64,000 nucleotides of DNA. It comes from Camelus dromedarius. Its lineage: Eukaryota. The notes under the pieces were generated by a model, which was not told the origin of the DNA, did no database searches, and was given only the letters and a program-made list of their open reading frames with translations. Location of the stretch: the NCBI RefSeq assembly GCF_036321535.1, contig NC_087449.1:25172001-25236000 (forward strand), written 5' to 3'. Shown one piece after another: positions 14,073 through 26,340 of the stretch; the first letter of the stretch is position 1; each line of letters opens with the position of its first letter. The position numbers were made by a program, and so were the translations under genes.

Positions 14073-16250
14073 GCTGCGGAGGAACTGGCCACCGGGAACA
14101 GAAGGCGCCTTCTCTGGACTCCTCCCTCACCCTTGGAGAGGGCATGGGTCACAGCCAGAGGGCCGCCCCTCAACAGAAAAAACTATGTCAAATATGCACA
14201 TACATTCCTGTTGTATAATTCTGCTCATTAGGATGCTTTGTAGTTTTTGCCTTAGGCCAGGCCCCAGAACTCTGTGGGCTGCAGAGGGGTGCAAGGTGCA
14301 GGTGCACTGGTGTCGGCTAAAAATCCCAAGCATCTTCAGCCTCGAATTCCTGGTGACTCTACCGTTTGTAGCACCATGTAGAGAGCAAGCAGGCAGGAGC
14401 TCAGTAGCAAAGCAATACTTTTTACATGGAATTTTAAGTGCACCGTCTTTTTGTTTTTTAATCAATTATATATGAACACGTCCCATTGAATATGCATGTC
14501 TACAGAAGACAGGGTGGGAAAGGGGAGGGATTTAAGCAGCTGCCCTGGTGATCATTCTCTGGAGGACCCTCTGAGAATCACCATGCAGGCAGGTGAAACT
14601 GAACAAACCCCGTCTGGGGCCTTTGTTTAGCTGGGGTTGACAGAGAAATCTTAAATTCAGACGAGGTAGGATGAAGCACATTGGTATCAACGCCAGATAT
14701 ACAGTCTTGACCGTTTCTAAGTCGTCAGGTAGCTCCAGTTTGCTCCAGGGAAACGAATTGATCAGGAAATCCAATCCTGTGAAGCACACCACATATATGT
14801 AGGCAGAGTCCAGCTATGTCAGCTCTTCTGAATCTGTGAAAGAAACAAGTGAATTGGAGGGAGCATCCTTCTAGGGGTGGGTTATTGTCACCCAGAAGCC
14901 ACCGCTTTTCCTCCATAGCGGTATCCATGGTCTCATGGTAATCCCAGCTCCTATCCCCTCCCATCCTTATGAGTGGGCTGTAAGCCCCCATGAGGCTCTG
15001 ACGTTTCCCAGGCTCTTGGCTGCAGAGCCTGCCAGCCCGGGCTGCAGCAGGAGTGTGGAAGCTGGCCGGGCAGGCCCCACTCTGCACTCTCTCTCTCCAC
15101 TGGACAGTTCTTTCTTAAACTTCCACAATCCTGGGGGCCCACATGTGCACAGCTCACGTTCACTAACTCACACAAGGTCATCTATGAATTTCTTCTTTCC
15201 TAAAAATCTCTTATGCAAAAAAAATCTCCCCTTATATAAAAAGGAAAGACATCAAAGTTGGGTGAGCCTCATGCTGGCAACGCAAAAGCTTGAGTTCTTC
15301 TTTGACTCAGATGCCAATTTGCTTGGTGTCCCTTGGGCAAGTCACGGAAACCTCCCTGGGAGGTTTCATCACCTCTAAAAGTGGAAATCATCATACAACC
15401 CACTTCCTGGGGCGGGGAGTGCAGGGCAAGGAACAGCCAGTGGAAGCTTTGGAATCTCATCTGTAATCCATAAAGACCGTCCACAGAGATGGCAGAGGAA
15501 AAGTCAGTACACCGTTGTGGTTCATAAGAGAGGCTCAAAGTCCCAGAACAGGACAGTGGTGTATGACGGTGTTGCTCAGAGAGAATGGAGCAAATAATGA
15601 CTTAAAATGCTTTAACTGGGTTTATTTTGACCTCAAAGCACATTTTAAGAGTAAAAACCCACATTAATAAATGTTCTAGCCCAGTGCTTCTCAAACTTCA
15701 ATGTGCATACAAATCACCTGGCGATCTTGTTAGACTGCGGAAGGTCCGGGAGGGAAGGAGGCTGGAGAGTCCACATTTCTGACCGGTTCTCAGGGCCCGC
15801 TGCCACTGCTGGGCCATACCGCACTTGGAGTAGCAAGGCTCTGGCCTATTCTGACTGTTTATATATTAAAATGCTGCCTCTCAATCTCTTGTCTCGAAGT
15901 TCCTTTCCATTCCTCTGCTCTCGGCTCTTGGGGACTTGCAGTGTGGGCTTGTTTTCTGCTGTGATTCTGAGGAGAGCAGCAGGGGGTCGTGTCCTGTGCT
16001 GCCCATTTGGGGTCTATTTGCACATTTCACATTAGGGTGGCAACGTTCATTTGGTCATATTTTTTTTTTAAATTACCTCATTTAAGTCCAGCTATTAGAA
16101 ACAGCTTCTTTACCAGAGAAGGCAAACTGGTTTTCCTTGAGTTTGAAGCAACCGAGTCATTATCAAAAAGACTTTCCCAACCCTTTCTGAGGTTTTTAAA
16201 ATAAGTTTATTTTCATCTTAAGTTTGGAATGTGAATACATGATCTCATCC
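14073..16250 (+). other. KANK4: KANK4 3' UTR (end approximate)
   Basis: Follows the stop codon. AATAAA at 15666-15671, with weaker AT-rich signals near 16195-16240. The true end cannot be fixed from sequence alone. Confidence 0.5.
15682..15838. mobile_element. MER5A-like hAT MITE in the KANK4 3' region
   Basis: cagtgcttctcaaacttcaatgtgcatacaaatcacctgg...cacttggagtagcaagg. Confidence 0.8.
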
Positions 16251-17239
16251 CTTATAACCACTCCATTCCACTGGAATGTGAGCCCAGAACGTAGTGAGAT
16301 GTAGAAACATGGCCTGCCTCCCTGTCATTGTCACTTCTCTAGAATTCATTCAACAAATATTTGCTGAAACTGGCCAGATGCCTGACACCGTTCCCCGCAG
16401 TGACTTTTAGAAAGCAGCTTGGTCGCCTCTAGAAAAATAGCATCTAAGGTTTCCATGACCCCCATCCCAGGCTTTCCAGGACTTTAAGCCAAGGCTCCAC
16501 TGATGAATACATTTGTCAAGTGCCTGACAGCACAGCCTCCAAGCAACATAAATCAGGCTCTCTGGAGACAGGTATTAAGCTCAGGCCTGGGGAGAGACCA
16601 ACAGGTATTTTAATTAGCTTCCCTCATTGCCTTCACGGAGCTTACAATGTGCTTTTGGAAGACAGGACACATGTGCTAATAGTAAGGAATGAGACCAGGC
16701 AACACAGTTCATTCCACAAGTATTTCTGCAGTGTCCGCCGTGTGCTGGTGCCGGGTTTGCGTAAGAGATACCACAGTGACACGGTTCAGACGGCCACTTC
16801 ATCATCTACTTGGGGAAACAGAATGGTGACAAGGTAGCTCAGTACCGACAAAGGACACAGGACACCAGAGCTGGCCTTAGGAAGTCAAGGGAGGCTTCCA
16901 GAGAAAGAAGTGAAGCTCCTGAACTGGAAACAGAGAGATTAGTGGATGTTAGCCAGGAAGGAGGAGGCGTGAGAGGTGAGGAGAGAGTGTGCCAGGCAGA
17001 GAGACCAGTGTTGCCGAGGCTGGAAGCTTCGAGAGCCGGCATTTGGGGACCTTCATTCAGTCTGATAGAACCGCTGTGTAGAGTTCAAGTGAGATGCCGA
17101 GATTAGAAGGTGGATTTGGAAGAAATGAGACTGAAAATACATGGGGACCAGATCGTAAAGAGCCCCAAAGCTGTGATAAGGCTGCGTTCTAAAGGCAGTG
17201 AAAGGTTATTGCTTATGATTGAGAAATTCATCTAATCTT

Positions 17240-18560
17240 CATCTAACACAGGTATGTCCGATACTTACTCCCGTCCAAGTACTGTGTTTGGGGCTGGGGA
17301 CATACATTACAGTTTAGCAGGGAAGAAAGACAAGTCATTTCGGCCCAGAATGATGCATGCTGCAACTGGGAAAGTGCAAGGTTTGGTGGGGACACATAGG
17401 TGGGAGCCCCAGGGTGTCTGAGGGTGGGGAGGGGGTCCAGGAAGGCTTCCTGAGGAATGTTTAAGCTATCTGACGGATGACTAGGCATTAGCCAGGTGAA
17501 GAGGAGCTAAGGAAACAAAGCCTCAAGACTAGAGTGAACACTGACTTGAGGCATTAGAAGAACTTCAGTGCTCCTGGGGTAGAAAAAAGGAAGACTTGCA
17601 AGGTGAGGCAGGAGAGAAAGCCACTGCAACAAGTTTGGACTTGAAGGAAATAGGAACATGGGAAGTGATGCTCAGATTTATATTTTAGAAAGAGGGACTC
17701 CAGGTTTGGAGGCATGAGGGACATTTATTCAACAAACATTTGTGGACTATCTATTCTCGGTCCCAGGCTCCAGAGTTCATGGTTTGGTGGAGGAGACAGA
17801 CCTAGGCTGACAGCGACTGCAGCAGGATGAATAATGGAGGTCTGAATAGTGCTGTGGGGACCGGCTCGGCCAGAGGGAATCAGGGAAGCCTCACGGAGGA
17901 GGTGGCCTTTGAGCTAAGCCACAGGGATGTCCAGGAGTTTGCCCAGGCAGTCTAGACAAAACAGCAGGCATAAAGATGCAAAGGGTGAGAGAGCATGGCC
18001 TGCCCTTTCAGAGTCATTTCAGAGTGACTTGGGTTTAGTTTGCATGAGGGAAGTGACTGGAGAGGACATCTGAGAGGGAGGTCAGTGAACATATCTCACC
18101 TGTATGTTGAAATTAGGAATTTGGACTTGAGCCTGTAACTTGAGGGGGAATCACACAGACTCCTTAGAGAATCTGAAGATCTCTTTGGAAAAACTGCACA
18201 TATGTGCCAAATTTGCATGTAATTTCAGGGATTCCGAAATCTGTAGTTAAAATCTCACTGCCCTGGGCTGTGGGGAGCCACTGAAGAATTTCTGAACAGT
18301 GGAGCCACATGATCAGATGTGCACTTTAGAATGATCATGGGACGGGGGAGGCTAGAGAGAGACGGGAGGCAAAAAGATTTGCTAAAACGTTCTCCTAAGA
18401 CACTGGATATGAAGCTGAAAGGGCCCGTTCCATTGTGGCATCAGTAGGAATAAAGAATAGGGTGCTGTGGGGCAGGCATTAGGCGTGGGCATGCGCCAGC
18501 TTGTGATGACAGACTGGATGGTGGAGAAGGGTCAAAAATAAGTGGCAGGAAAATGCTGAT
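17240..18560 (+). mobile_element. Fragmented L2 LINE
   Basis: L2 3' motifs (atttattcaacaaacatttgtggac, ggaaggcttcctgaggaa, tttagaatgatca) with a small hAT fragment inserted near 18120-18260. Confidence 0.55.
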
Positions 18561-18569
18561 GCCACTGTC

Positions 18570-19030
18570 CCCAATATCCTTTCTTTCCTTCCTCCTTAGT
18601 AATAGAATCCCCAGCTTTTAGCTGGGCACATTGCCACCCAGAAGAGACTTCACGTCCCAGCCTTTCTTACAACTTGATGTGGCCATGTAACTGGATGAGC
18701 GCCCTCAGCATCTCATGGCAGGCTCAAGGGTCTAAGCCGAGGGTGGTGGATTTCAGGGGAAATGCTCAGGGAGGAGCATCATCTCAATGGCGAGGTGTAA
18801 TGGACATGTCCTCTGGTACCGGCCCCCGTTCCACAGCCACAGTGAAGTCACCCCACCCACAGCCTGGCAGAAGGTGAGGCTTGTGTCACTAGAGCAGATT
18901 CCTGAACACAGGCTCCGGGCCACAAGGCAGCCACTCCTAAAGCGAGACAGTGCCCGTGAACTGGCCTGGTATGGAAATGTGGGCAGGACCATTGAATTAT
19001 CTGAGAAATTTAAATGCAGAAACACGTAGA
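18570..19030 (+). mobile_element. MLT1 (MaLR) LTR, MLT1J/K-like
   Basis: taatagaatccccagctttagctgggcacattgccacccag...cccagcctttcttacaacttgatgtggccatgtaactg. Confidence 0.65.
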
Positions 19031-19074
19031 GTTTTAGGCAGTAGCAGTAGATTATGCTAGGGAGAGAGAAGAGG

Positions 19075-19300
19075 AAGAAGCCAAAACTTATGGTTACCAA
19101 AGTGGGGGAGGGTAAATGAGGAGCTTGCGACTAACATACACAAAAGAGATAACCAACAGCTCAGGGAACTATATTCAATATCTTGCAATAACCTATAATG
19201 GAAAAGAAACTGAAAAAGAATATATATGCTGTACACCAGAAACTAACACAACACCGTAAATCAACTATACTTCAATTAAAAAATAAATTAAAAAAAAATT
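19075..19300 (+). mobile_element. L1 3' end fragment with A-rich tail
   Basis: aaacttatggttaccaaag...aactatattcaatatcttgcaataacctataatggaaaaga...cttcaattaaaaaataaattaaaaaaaaa. Confidence 0.85.
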
Positions 19301-20895
19301 TTAAAAGCAGCCTTGGTCCCTGGTCACTGAAGGATGAGCACTGGAACTGACTGAGCCCATAAGACCTTCTCCTAGGAACTCTGAAGCTGGGATTTTGAAA
19401 GAGATTCAGTCTCCTTCTGGGTGTCCGTGTTATAAGATGTCACTCTCAAAAGCTGCTAATAGCCAAGGTCCGCCACGTGGACTGAAGAGCAAAAGGGACT
19501 CTTCAGCCAGAAAGGCTTCCTGGCTTCACCGGAGCGAGCCTTGCTCCCTCCTAAGACCTCAGCAGATGCCTAACCTTCAACTCCATAACCACCCTAGCTG
19601 TTTTCCTTTCCCAGCCTCCTCTCAGGTTGTAGGAGGTGACAAGGGCAGGGTGTCTGGAATTGGCTCTCTCGGGGGTAGAATCTCAGCTGAACGTCTTGGC
19701 TACTCAGGCTCCTGAGCTGTGCACTAGGGGATGATGGTTCCTTCTCTGTTCTTTCACGAGCTTGATTAGGTAAGGCATCCTCTTTCAAGCTTGACCCCAA
19801 TGACATAACTCGATATACAGAAGAGTACTTTCCTTTTCCTCTGGCCGTTTGATTTTTTTCTCTAGACCTGGTCCCATAAAAATAGAAGCTGACCTTCACT
19901 GAGTATTTAGAACTACCCAGACATCAGTCTTAATAGTGTTGCATGAAATCAATTGCTCCTTATAACAACCCTTTGAGGTAGCCATTAATATTGTCCTTGT
20001 TGAACATATAAAGAAACTGAAGCACAGAGACGTTAAGTAACTTATCCAAGGCCACACAGCTAGTAAACAGCAGATGTGGGATTTCAAGCAGTGGATCTGG
20101 CTCCGTGACTCCACTCCACCACTTGCCGTTCCATCCGGAGCTCTTCTTGCTCCCTCGATAGTGACCCAGGCAGGGGACGGGTGCCCGCAGCAGGGGATGG
20201 AGACTGCTGAGGGAACAAAGTTGCTTCAGGGACCCAGCATTAAGTCAGTGGCTGACCTGTAGGTCCTGCTGGGTGGCCCTGGGACAGAGGAGACAACAGG
20301 CACAGTGTTTGGGACTGGAACAGCTGAGGGGTTGGGACCTCCGTGTGCTCAGCATTCTTGGGGAAGACAGCAGCCGTCTCTGCAGGGTACAGATGGTCTG
20401 AAGCCACACTGCCTCAATGACCCCCTCAGTAGGGAATTCCTTATAAGTCCAAATTAGTTTCTTCACCCCCTGTTCCCCCTGAGAAAGATGGGCCTGGGAT
20501 AGAGGGGGCCCAGCCAGTGATGGAGGGGCTCCTGCCTGCTCCACATCCACGCTCAGTGAAGGCCTGGAAACAGCTCCTGGGCCTTCGCTCCAAAGCAAAG
20601 GGAAACATCCTACTGCTGAGTAGGGGGTGGGGGAGACATTCTCCAGTCTTCCTTTTGCCTTAGAAGTGAGGAAATTTCCACTCTTCTCTCCAGAAAGGGA
20701 AGCTCTGAGAAGAAACTGGAGTCCCTCTCCTGCTACCTCTGTGGTCGGGTCCGGAACTGGATAGGCACGAAGCCCAGCCCAGTCTCTGCTCCGCCTGCCC
20801 GCAGAGAGGATGCACAATGATCTGCCTTCCACCCCGCTGGCTCAGCAGGGCAGGCCGGCCGCGTAGGGGACTGAGACTCTGATCACCACTTCCAA

Positions 20896-21667
20896 TGTGG
20901 GGGGCGGGGTTGTTTCCCTCATCCAAGCCATTCTTGGACACTCCCTGGGTGTTCTGCCTTCAACTTAGTTCTGACACCATGTATCTGGAAATGGCATCAG
21001 ACTCATCAGGTTAAGGGCTCAGTCCCACAAGACTGCCCTGCACTTCAGATGCCAATCACAAGCCCAGGCTGTCACCTGTGCTTCTGACCCACTGACCCCA
21101 TGACCTCCTCCTTGAGTTCGATTCATTTGCTACAGCAGCTCACAGAATTCAGAAAAACACTTACTTACTAGAACACCGCGTTATCATAAATGGATATAAC
21201 TCAGGAGCAGCCAGATGGAAGAGACGCAGAGGGTAAGGTGTGGGGAAGGTACACGGAGCCTCCTCGTCCTCTCGGAGAGAGCCACTCTCCCGCATCTCCA
21301 CGTGTTCACCAACCAGAAAGTTCTCTGAACCCTGTTCCTTTGGGTTTTTGTGGAGGCTTCACTACTTAAGCACGACTGATTAAATCATCGGTCACTGGTG
21401 ATCAGCCTTGATCTCCAGCCCCTCTCCCCTGCATCCTCAGAGGGAGGTCAGGAGTAAGACTTAAAACTCCAACCCTTTAATCACATGGTTGGCTCTCTGG
21501 CAATCAGTCTCCCTTGTTAGGTCCATCTAAAAGTCATTCATTTACATAACAAAAGGCACCTTTCTGGCTCTCATCACTTAGAAAATTCCAACAGTTTTAG
21601 GAGCTCTGTGTCGCAAATGGGACCAAGTCCAAATATATATTTCTCATATATAAATCGCAATATCACA
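20896..21667. mobile_element. MER21-like ERV LTR
   Basis: TG..CA bounded; contains ggttaagggctcagtcccacaagactgccc and cagatggaagagacgcagagggtaagg, characteristic of MER21. Confidence 0.75.
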
Positions 21668-21899
21668 GGGACATTGCAGGGGAAACTGGCTCCACCTGTG
21701 ACCAGCGTGCATGTGTGATTCTGGGCTCAAGTGTTAGATACCCACTGTGTGCACTTAAGCCACATCCCTTTTTCAAGCTGTGATCAGCAATAAAGTTGAC
21801 GTTTCTGGTATCTCATCTCTCATTTGCTTCCCAGCTTGGGAAATGAGAAAAGTAACAGTATGTATTGTCCCCAAACTCCTGAGTGCCACCGCCAATCAG

Positions 21900-22300
21900 G
21901 CATGATCTAGGCTTACAAGCACTCAGAGCCCAGCAGGGAACAGACATGGGACCCAAGGGATGGGATCAGCCACGTCCTCTCTCCGAACTTCCAGTGGCCC
22001 TGGGCACTTCTTGGCCTGTGGCAGCATCACCCCAATCTCTGCCCCCATCTTGGTGTGGCCGTCTTCTCCCTGCGTGGGTCTTCACGTCATCTTCCTTCTG
22101 TGAATGTCTATTTCCATGTCCAAATTTCTTCAAAAGGATGCCAGTAATAGTGCATCAGGGCCCACCTAAGAACCTACTTTTGATTGGACACCTCTGTAAA
22201 GATCCTATTTCCAAATAAGGTCACAAGCTGAGGTACTAAGGGGTAGGACTTCAACACATCTTTTTTGGGGGAAGCAGGATCCAGTTCAACCCATAATACG
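21900..22300 (-). mobile_element. MLT1 (MaLR) LTR
   Basis: ctctgtaaagatcctatttccaaataaggtcaca...ggacttcaacacatctttttt...ttcaacccataata. Confidence 0.7.
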
Positions 22301-22594
22301 TGCTTTTGTTCCTCTCTTCTTAAGATGCTCTGCCCTCCAGGTCTCCCTCTTCCTCACCACTAATGCCTACCTTTCTTTTGTTGCACCTCACCGTAACCTC
22401 CTCTGGGAAGCCTTCCGTGACCTCCGCCCCCAGCACCCCTGCAGACACCTGCCCAGCCGTGCAGTCCTTGTAACCTCCACGTCAGTGCCGCTCCAAGTGT
22501 GCCTGAACTTTTCAGTAGTTTGACACTTTGCAATCAGCAGGCTTGTATTGCATTTGTTTTTAATTTCATTTTCCTACTTGTTAATTTTTATGGA

Positions 22595-23022
22595 TGTTGT
22601 GGGTTGAATGGCGGTCCTCAAAAATATGTCCTTGTCCTATTTCCTGGGAACCTGTGAATGTGACCTTGTTTGGAAAAAGAGTCTTTGCAGATGTAGCTAA
22701 ATTAAGGATGACAAGATGAGATCATCCTGGATTATCCAGGTGACTCCTATGTCCAATGTCAAGAGTCCTTAAAAGAAACACACAAAGGGGAGATTATGTG
22801 AAGATGGAGGCAGAGATTAGAGTGAAGCCACCACAAGCCAAGGAGCACAAGAAGCTGGAAGAGCAAGAATGATTCTCCCCTAAAGCTGCAGAAGGAGTAC
22901 AGCCCTGCCAGCATCTTGGTTTCAGACCTCTGGCCTCCAGAACGGAAAGAGAATACATTTCTCTTGATTTAAGCCATTCAATTTGTGCTAATTTGTTGCA
23001 GCAGTCAAAGAAAATGAAGACA
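22595..23022 (+). mobile_element. MLT1C/D (MaLR) solo LTR
   Basis: tgttgtgggttgaatggcggtcc...gtgaatgtgaccttgtttggaaaaagagtctttgcagatg...tttaagccattcaatttgtg...gaaaatgaagaca. Confidence 0.85.
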
Positions 23023-25859
23023 ATGGCATTTCACAAAAGCATTGGTCCACAATGGATCTGGGGAGGGGGGGAAATTGCTTCTTAATCACATCTTGTTTAA
23101 GAAGAACTATTCTACGTAATGTCATTGCACATAACACAGTGTATTTTATCTGTTTAATTGTCTTCCCAACTCAGCTGTGGACTGTGGGCAGACAGGGTGA
23201 CTCCATGTTCTTCAGCTTTTAATTTCCATTGCCTAGTTTCTGGCCTGATAAATACCAGACAATGATAAATTGAATTTACATGGAGGCCCAGGTGGATCAC
23301 CTAGGGCCATGTATATTCCACTAAAGACTAAGTAAGGCCTTTGTCCTATTGGACCAAAGTCCTTCTAATCCATATCCCCTTTGTCCGAAGTCCAAATGGG
23401 TTCCACAACTTGGGGAGAGGCTGAAATGACAGGTGAGATGGTCAGATGCTGCCTTCCCCGCAAACAGCACCAGGACAACCTGGTGGTCAGACAAGACGGA
23501 GCTCATTCTTTTCTCAGTAAGACTGAGTCTTAGTAGTGTCTTGGAGAGGGGAAGGCAGGGGCGGGATATCTGTAAGGTTCTGGGGTCTGGTTCAAGGCAG
23601 TTCTTTCAGTGAGGGGCTTGATTAGGGTTGCATAAGGATCGTGAAATGATCCTTTAAGATTGACGTCCACAGCAAGGGAAGCAGCAAGAGTTCAGAGAAT
23701 CTTGGGGAGTAAAGTGTTATTTGATGTTTCCTGTTGAAGAGTTGAACAATTGAATGATCATTTAAGTAGTTTTTTTGAAACTTTGAGGAATAAACAATAG
23801 TTACTTCAATTTTCATCTTCTGGGCAAGAGTTTCCTGAAATAGTCAGCTTTCGCTGATGAAGAGAGTGGAACAGTAAAGTCATATTAACCTAGACAGAGC
23901 TGTGTGGGAGGAGATGGGTATCAGGAGTTAGGTGGCCCAACTGAGGGAGGAGGGAGCCGGGAAGGTTCAGAGCTGGTGGGCCCAGACACCTATCAGTTGC
24001 TTATCAAGATGCTAAAAAATAATCTTGCAAAGGGAAACACCCACCCCTCATAACCACATAACACAACAGTGCCATCTGAATACACGCTCACTGTTCTCTT
24101 GGCATTGACTCTTCATCACGGGCCCCATGGGAAGCCCTTAGGTCTTTCTCTCCCACCTTTCTCTTATTCTGGCCCTGGGTTAGCATCGACTCAATCATGG
24201 GGCTAGAATAGGTGCCTAAAGTCTGGTCGGGCCTCCTCGATTCTCCCACAGCCCACCATAGTCAGTGCGAGCATTGGCTGGTGGGCAAGTCACATATGAC
24301 TGCAGGAGTGACCTTTTCCCCACTCCCCCTGGAAACAGGAGACCTGCCCAATAGCTTCCAAAGTGATTACCCTGTTGCAGACACCAAGCAAAATGAGCAG
24401 GCCTAGTGGGGCTGAGTGCTGACGCACGCGGGAAAGGTCAAGCAATACTGGCGAGCACACAGCCTCTGTTTGGGAGAGACAGACGCGTCTGGCCCCAGAC
24501 AAGACCTAATCTAATTTTTAAGCAGGAAGAACATAGCTCCCTGCGACAGAACACCAGACCTGATTTGCCTAGAAATGTATTGGGAGTGGGAGGTGGGGGA
24601 GGGGATAACTACATGTATCTAGGGTCTGCAAGGCATTTTTTACACATCATTCCGTGGAAAAGCTTAGCATAGCCACAGTTTGCAAACTGAATATATTTTC
24701 AGCACTCTGAGACCTCTGTTTAAAAGAAATTTGTAGTAAATCTTCCCTAAAATGAAGGAAATATTCCCTGTTTTTTTTTTCCCTTTAGTTGACTCCTCTT
24801 TGATAAACACTGTTATCCGAAAGAAGGCACCACTCGATATTTTCCACTGCGTACATGCTACCTGGACAGGTAAGGTGAAATGTGACCTCCCAGTCCCAAC
24901 AACAGCAACAATTCCCTAATATTTTGTTTGTTGTGAATAAAATGAAAAGATCTGAGGGGTGAAAAGCCCACTGATTCCAGAACCTATGTCCCATCAGTGC
25001 TTCTGTTCTGCTCTGTAACACTCACATACTTGTTTAGTGTTAGGAACGAGGGAGCCCTCTGGAGAGGAGTCCTCACCAGCGTTTTCCCTCCTGCACCCAT
25101 GTGCAGCTGCACCCTGTGGACTCCCCGCAGCCCAGGGCACCCTGCCCCGCGGCTTCCATGGCGGCTCTCCCTGCTTGTCCTCCTCCAGGGCTCCAGCCCT
25201 GGCTCCTCACTTTAACGCCCATTAAATACAGTTTTATCCTTGACTCTGCTTCTCTACCCCACTCTCCCTTTGAACGCTCAGGACTTCTACAATTACTTTC
25301 ATCCAAACTGTTTTCACTCCCGCTTCTCTGTCCTGACCCTCCTGAGCTCAGTCATCCCACCTGACCTGAGTGCTGATTGTGCAGAAGTGCTTGGTGTCCT
25401 GCCCTGGCCACTGCGTCTAACACCCTGGTCCTGGCATCTGCCTGAACCCCTCTGAGCTCGTGGCATTTTACCCTAAAAAAGTCCATCAAGGGCTCCCCAC
25501 AGATTATAGAAATTCTCTAAAATGTAGCCTTGGTTTCAAGATTCAGTGTGGCCTGGCTTCCAAACAGCCACTACTATTTCATTTATTTGTTTGTTTATTT
25601 GTTTGTTTAGTCGTATCCTGCAGCTAGACAACATCTCCATTCTTTCCCTACCTCTGAGAACTTGCAGTGTTTCCTCAGCTGTTACAGTGTTTTCATGCCC
25701 TATTTTTGCACATTCAGATCTCACCCAGGATTCTTATCTAATCCTTTGGGTCTAAGGTACCAAAATGCCTTAAAAAGCAAATAAATTCCCAAAGGCGTCT
25801 CCAGTGGGTGTAATATCCTGGAAGGTCAGCAGATGGCACATATCCACTTCCTTAGAGGA

Positions 25860-26340
25860 AAACCCAGTTACATTAACTGTCATTGCAGAAAAGATACATA
25901 AGGACTCACCTCTTTCAAGAAGTTAGAAAAATAGTAAAATAAACCCAATGAAAATATAACAAGGGAAACAGTACAGTTAAATTCATAAATTATTAATAAA
26001 ACAAACAAAAAAAGAACTTATAAATCGAAAGGCTGGATCACTGAACGATATGGGTGTCAATAGCACACCTTAAAGAAGAAACAGAAGAAGAAAGCACAAA
26101 AACACAAAATTAGGATAAAGAGAAACTTGCCCCATATATGGAGAAAATGTAGATAGATGAGAGACTGTTACATACCGCTACAATCTAATATATAAAAAAC
26201 TGAATGAAATTGATGATCTACAAAAATATATATAACCAAAATTGGGTTGGAGAGAGATGGAAAAAAACCTAAAGAATTAATCACGTGCAAGAAATTAAGA
26301 AAATTCTTCTCAGAAACTCTAGTCCCACATCATTTTGAGA
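25860..26340 (+). mobile_element. Old L1 ORF2 fragment
   Basis: A-rich degenerate ORF2-like sequence (aaaaactgaatgaaattgatgatctacaaaaatata...ccaaaattg). Confidence 0.55.

Noticed and set aside
20245-20832. 195-aa minus-strand ORF as a possible L1TD1 remnant
   Set aside because: No resemblance to L1 ORF1/L1TD1 motifs, and it overlaps LTR-like sequence next to MER21.
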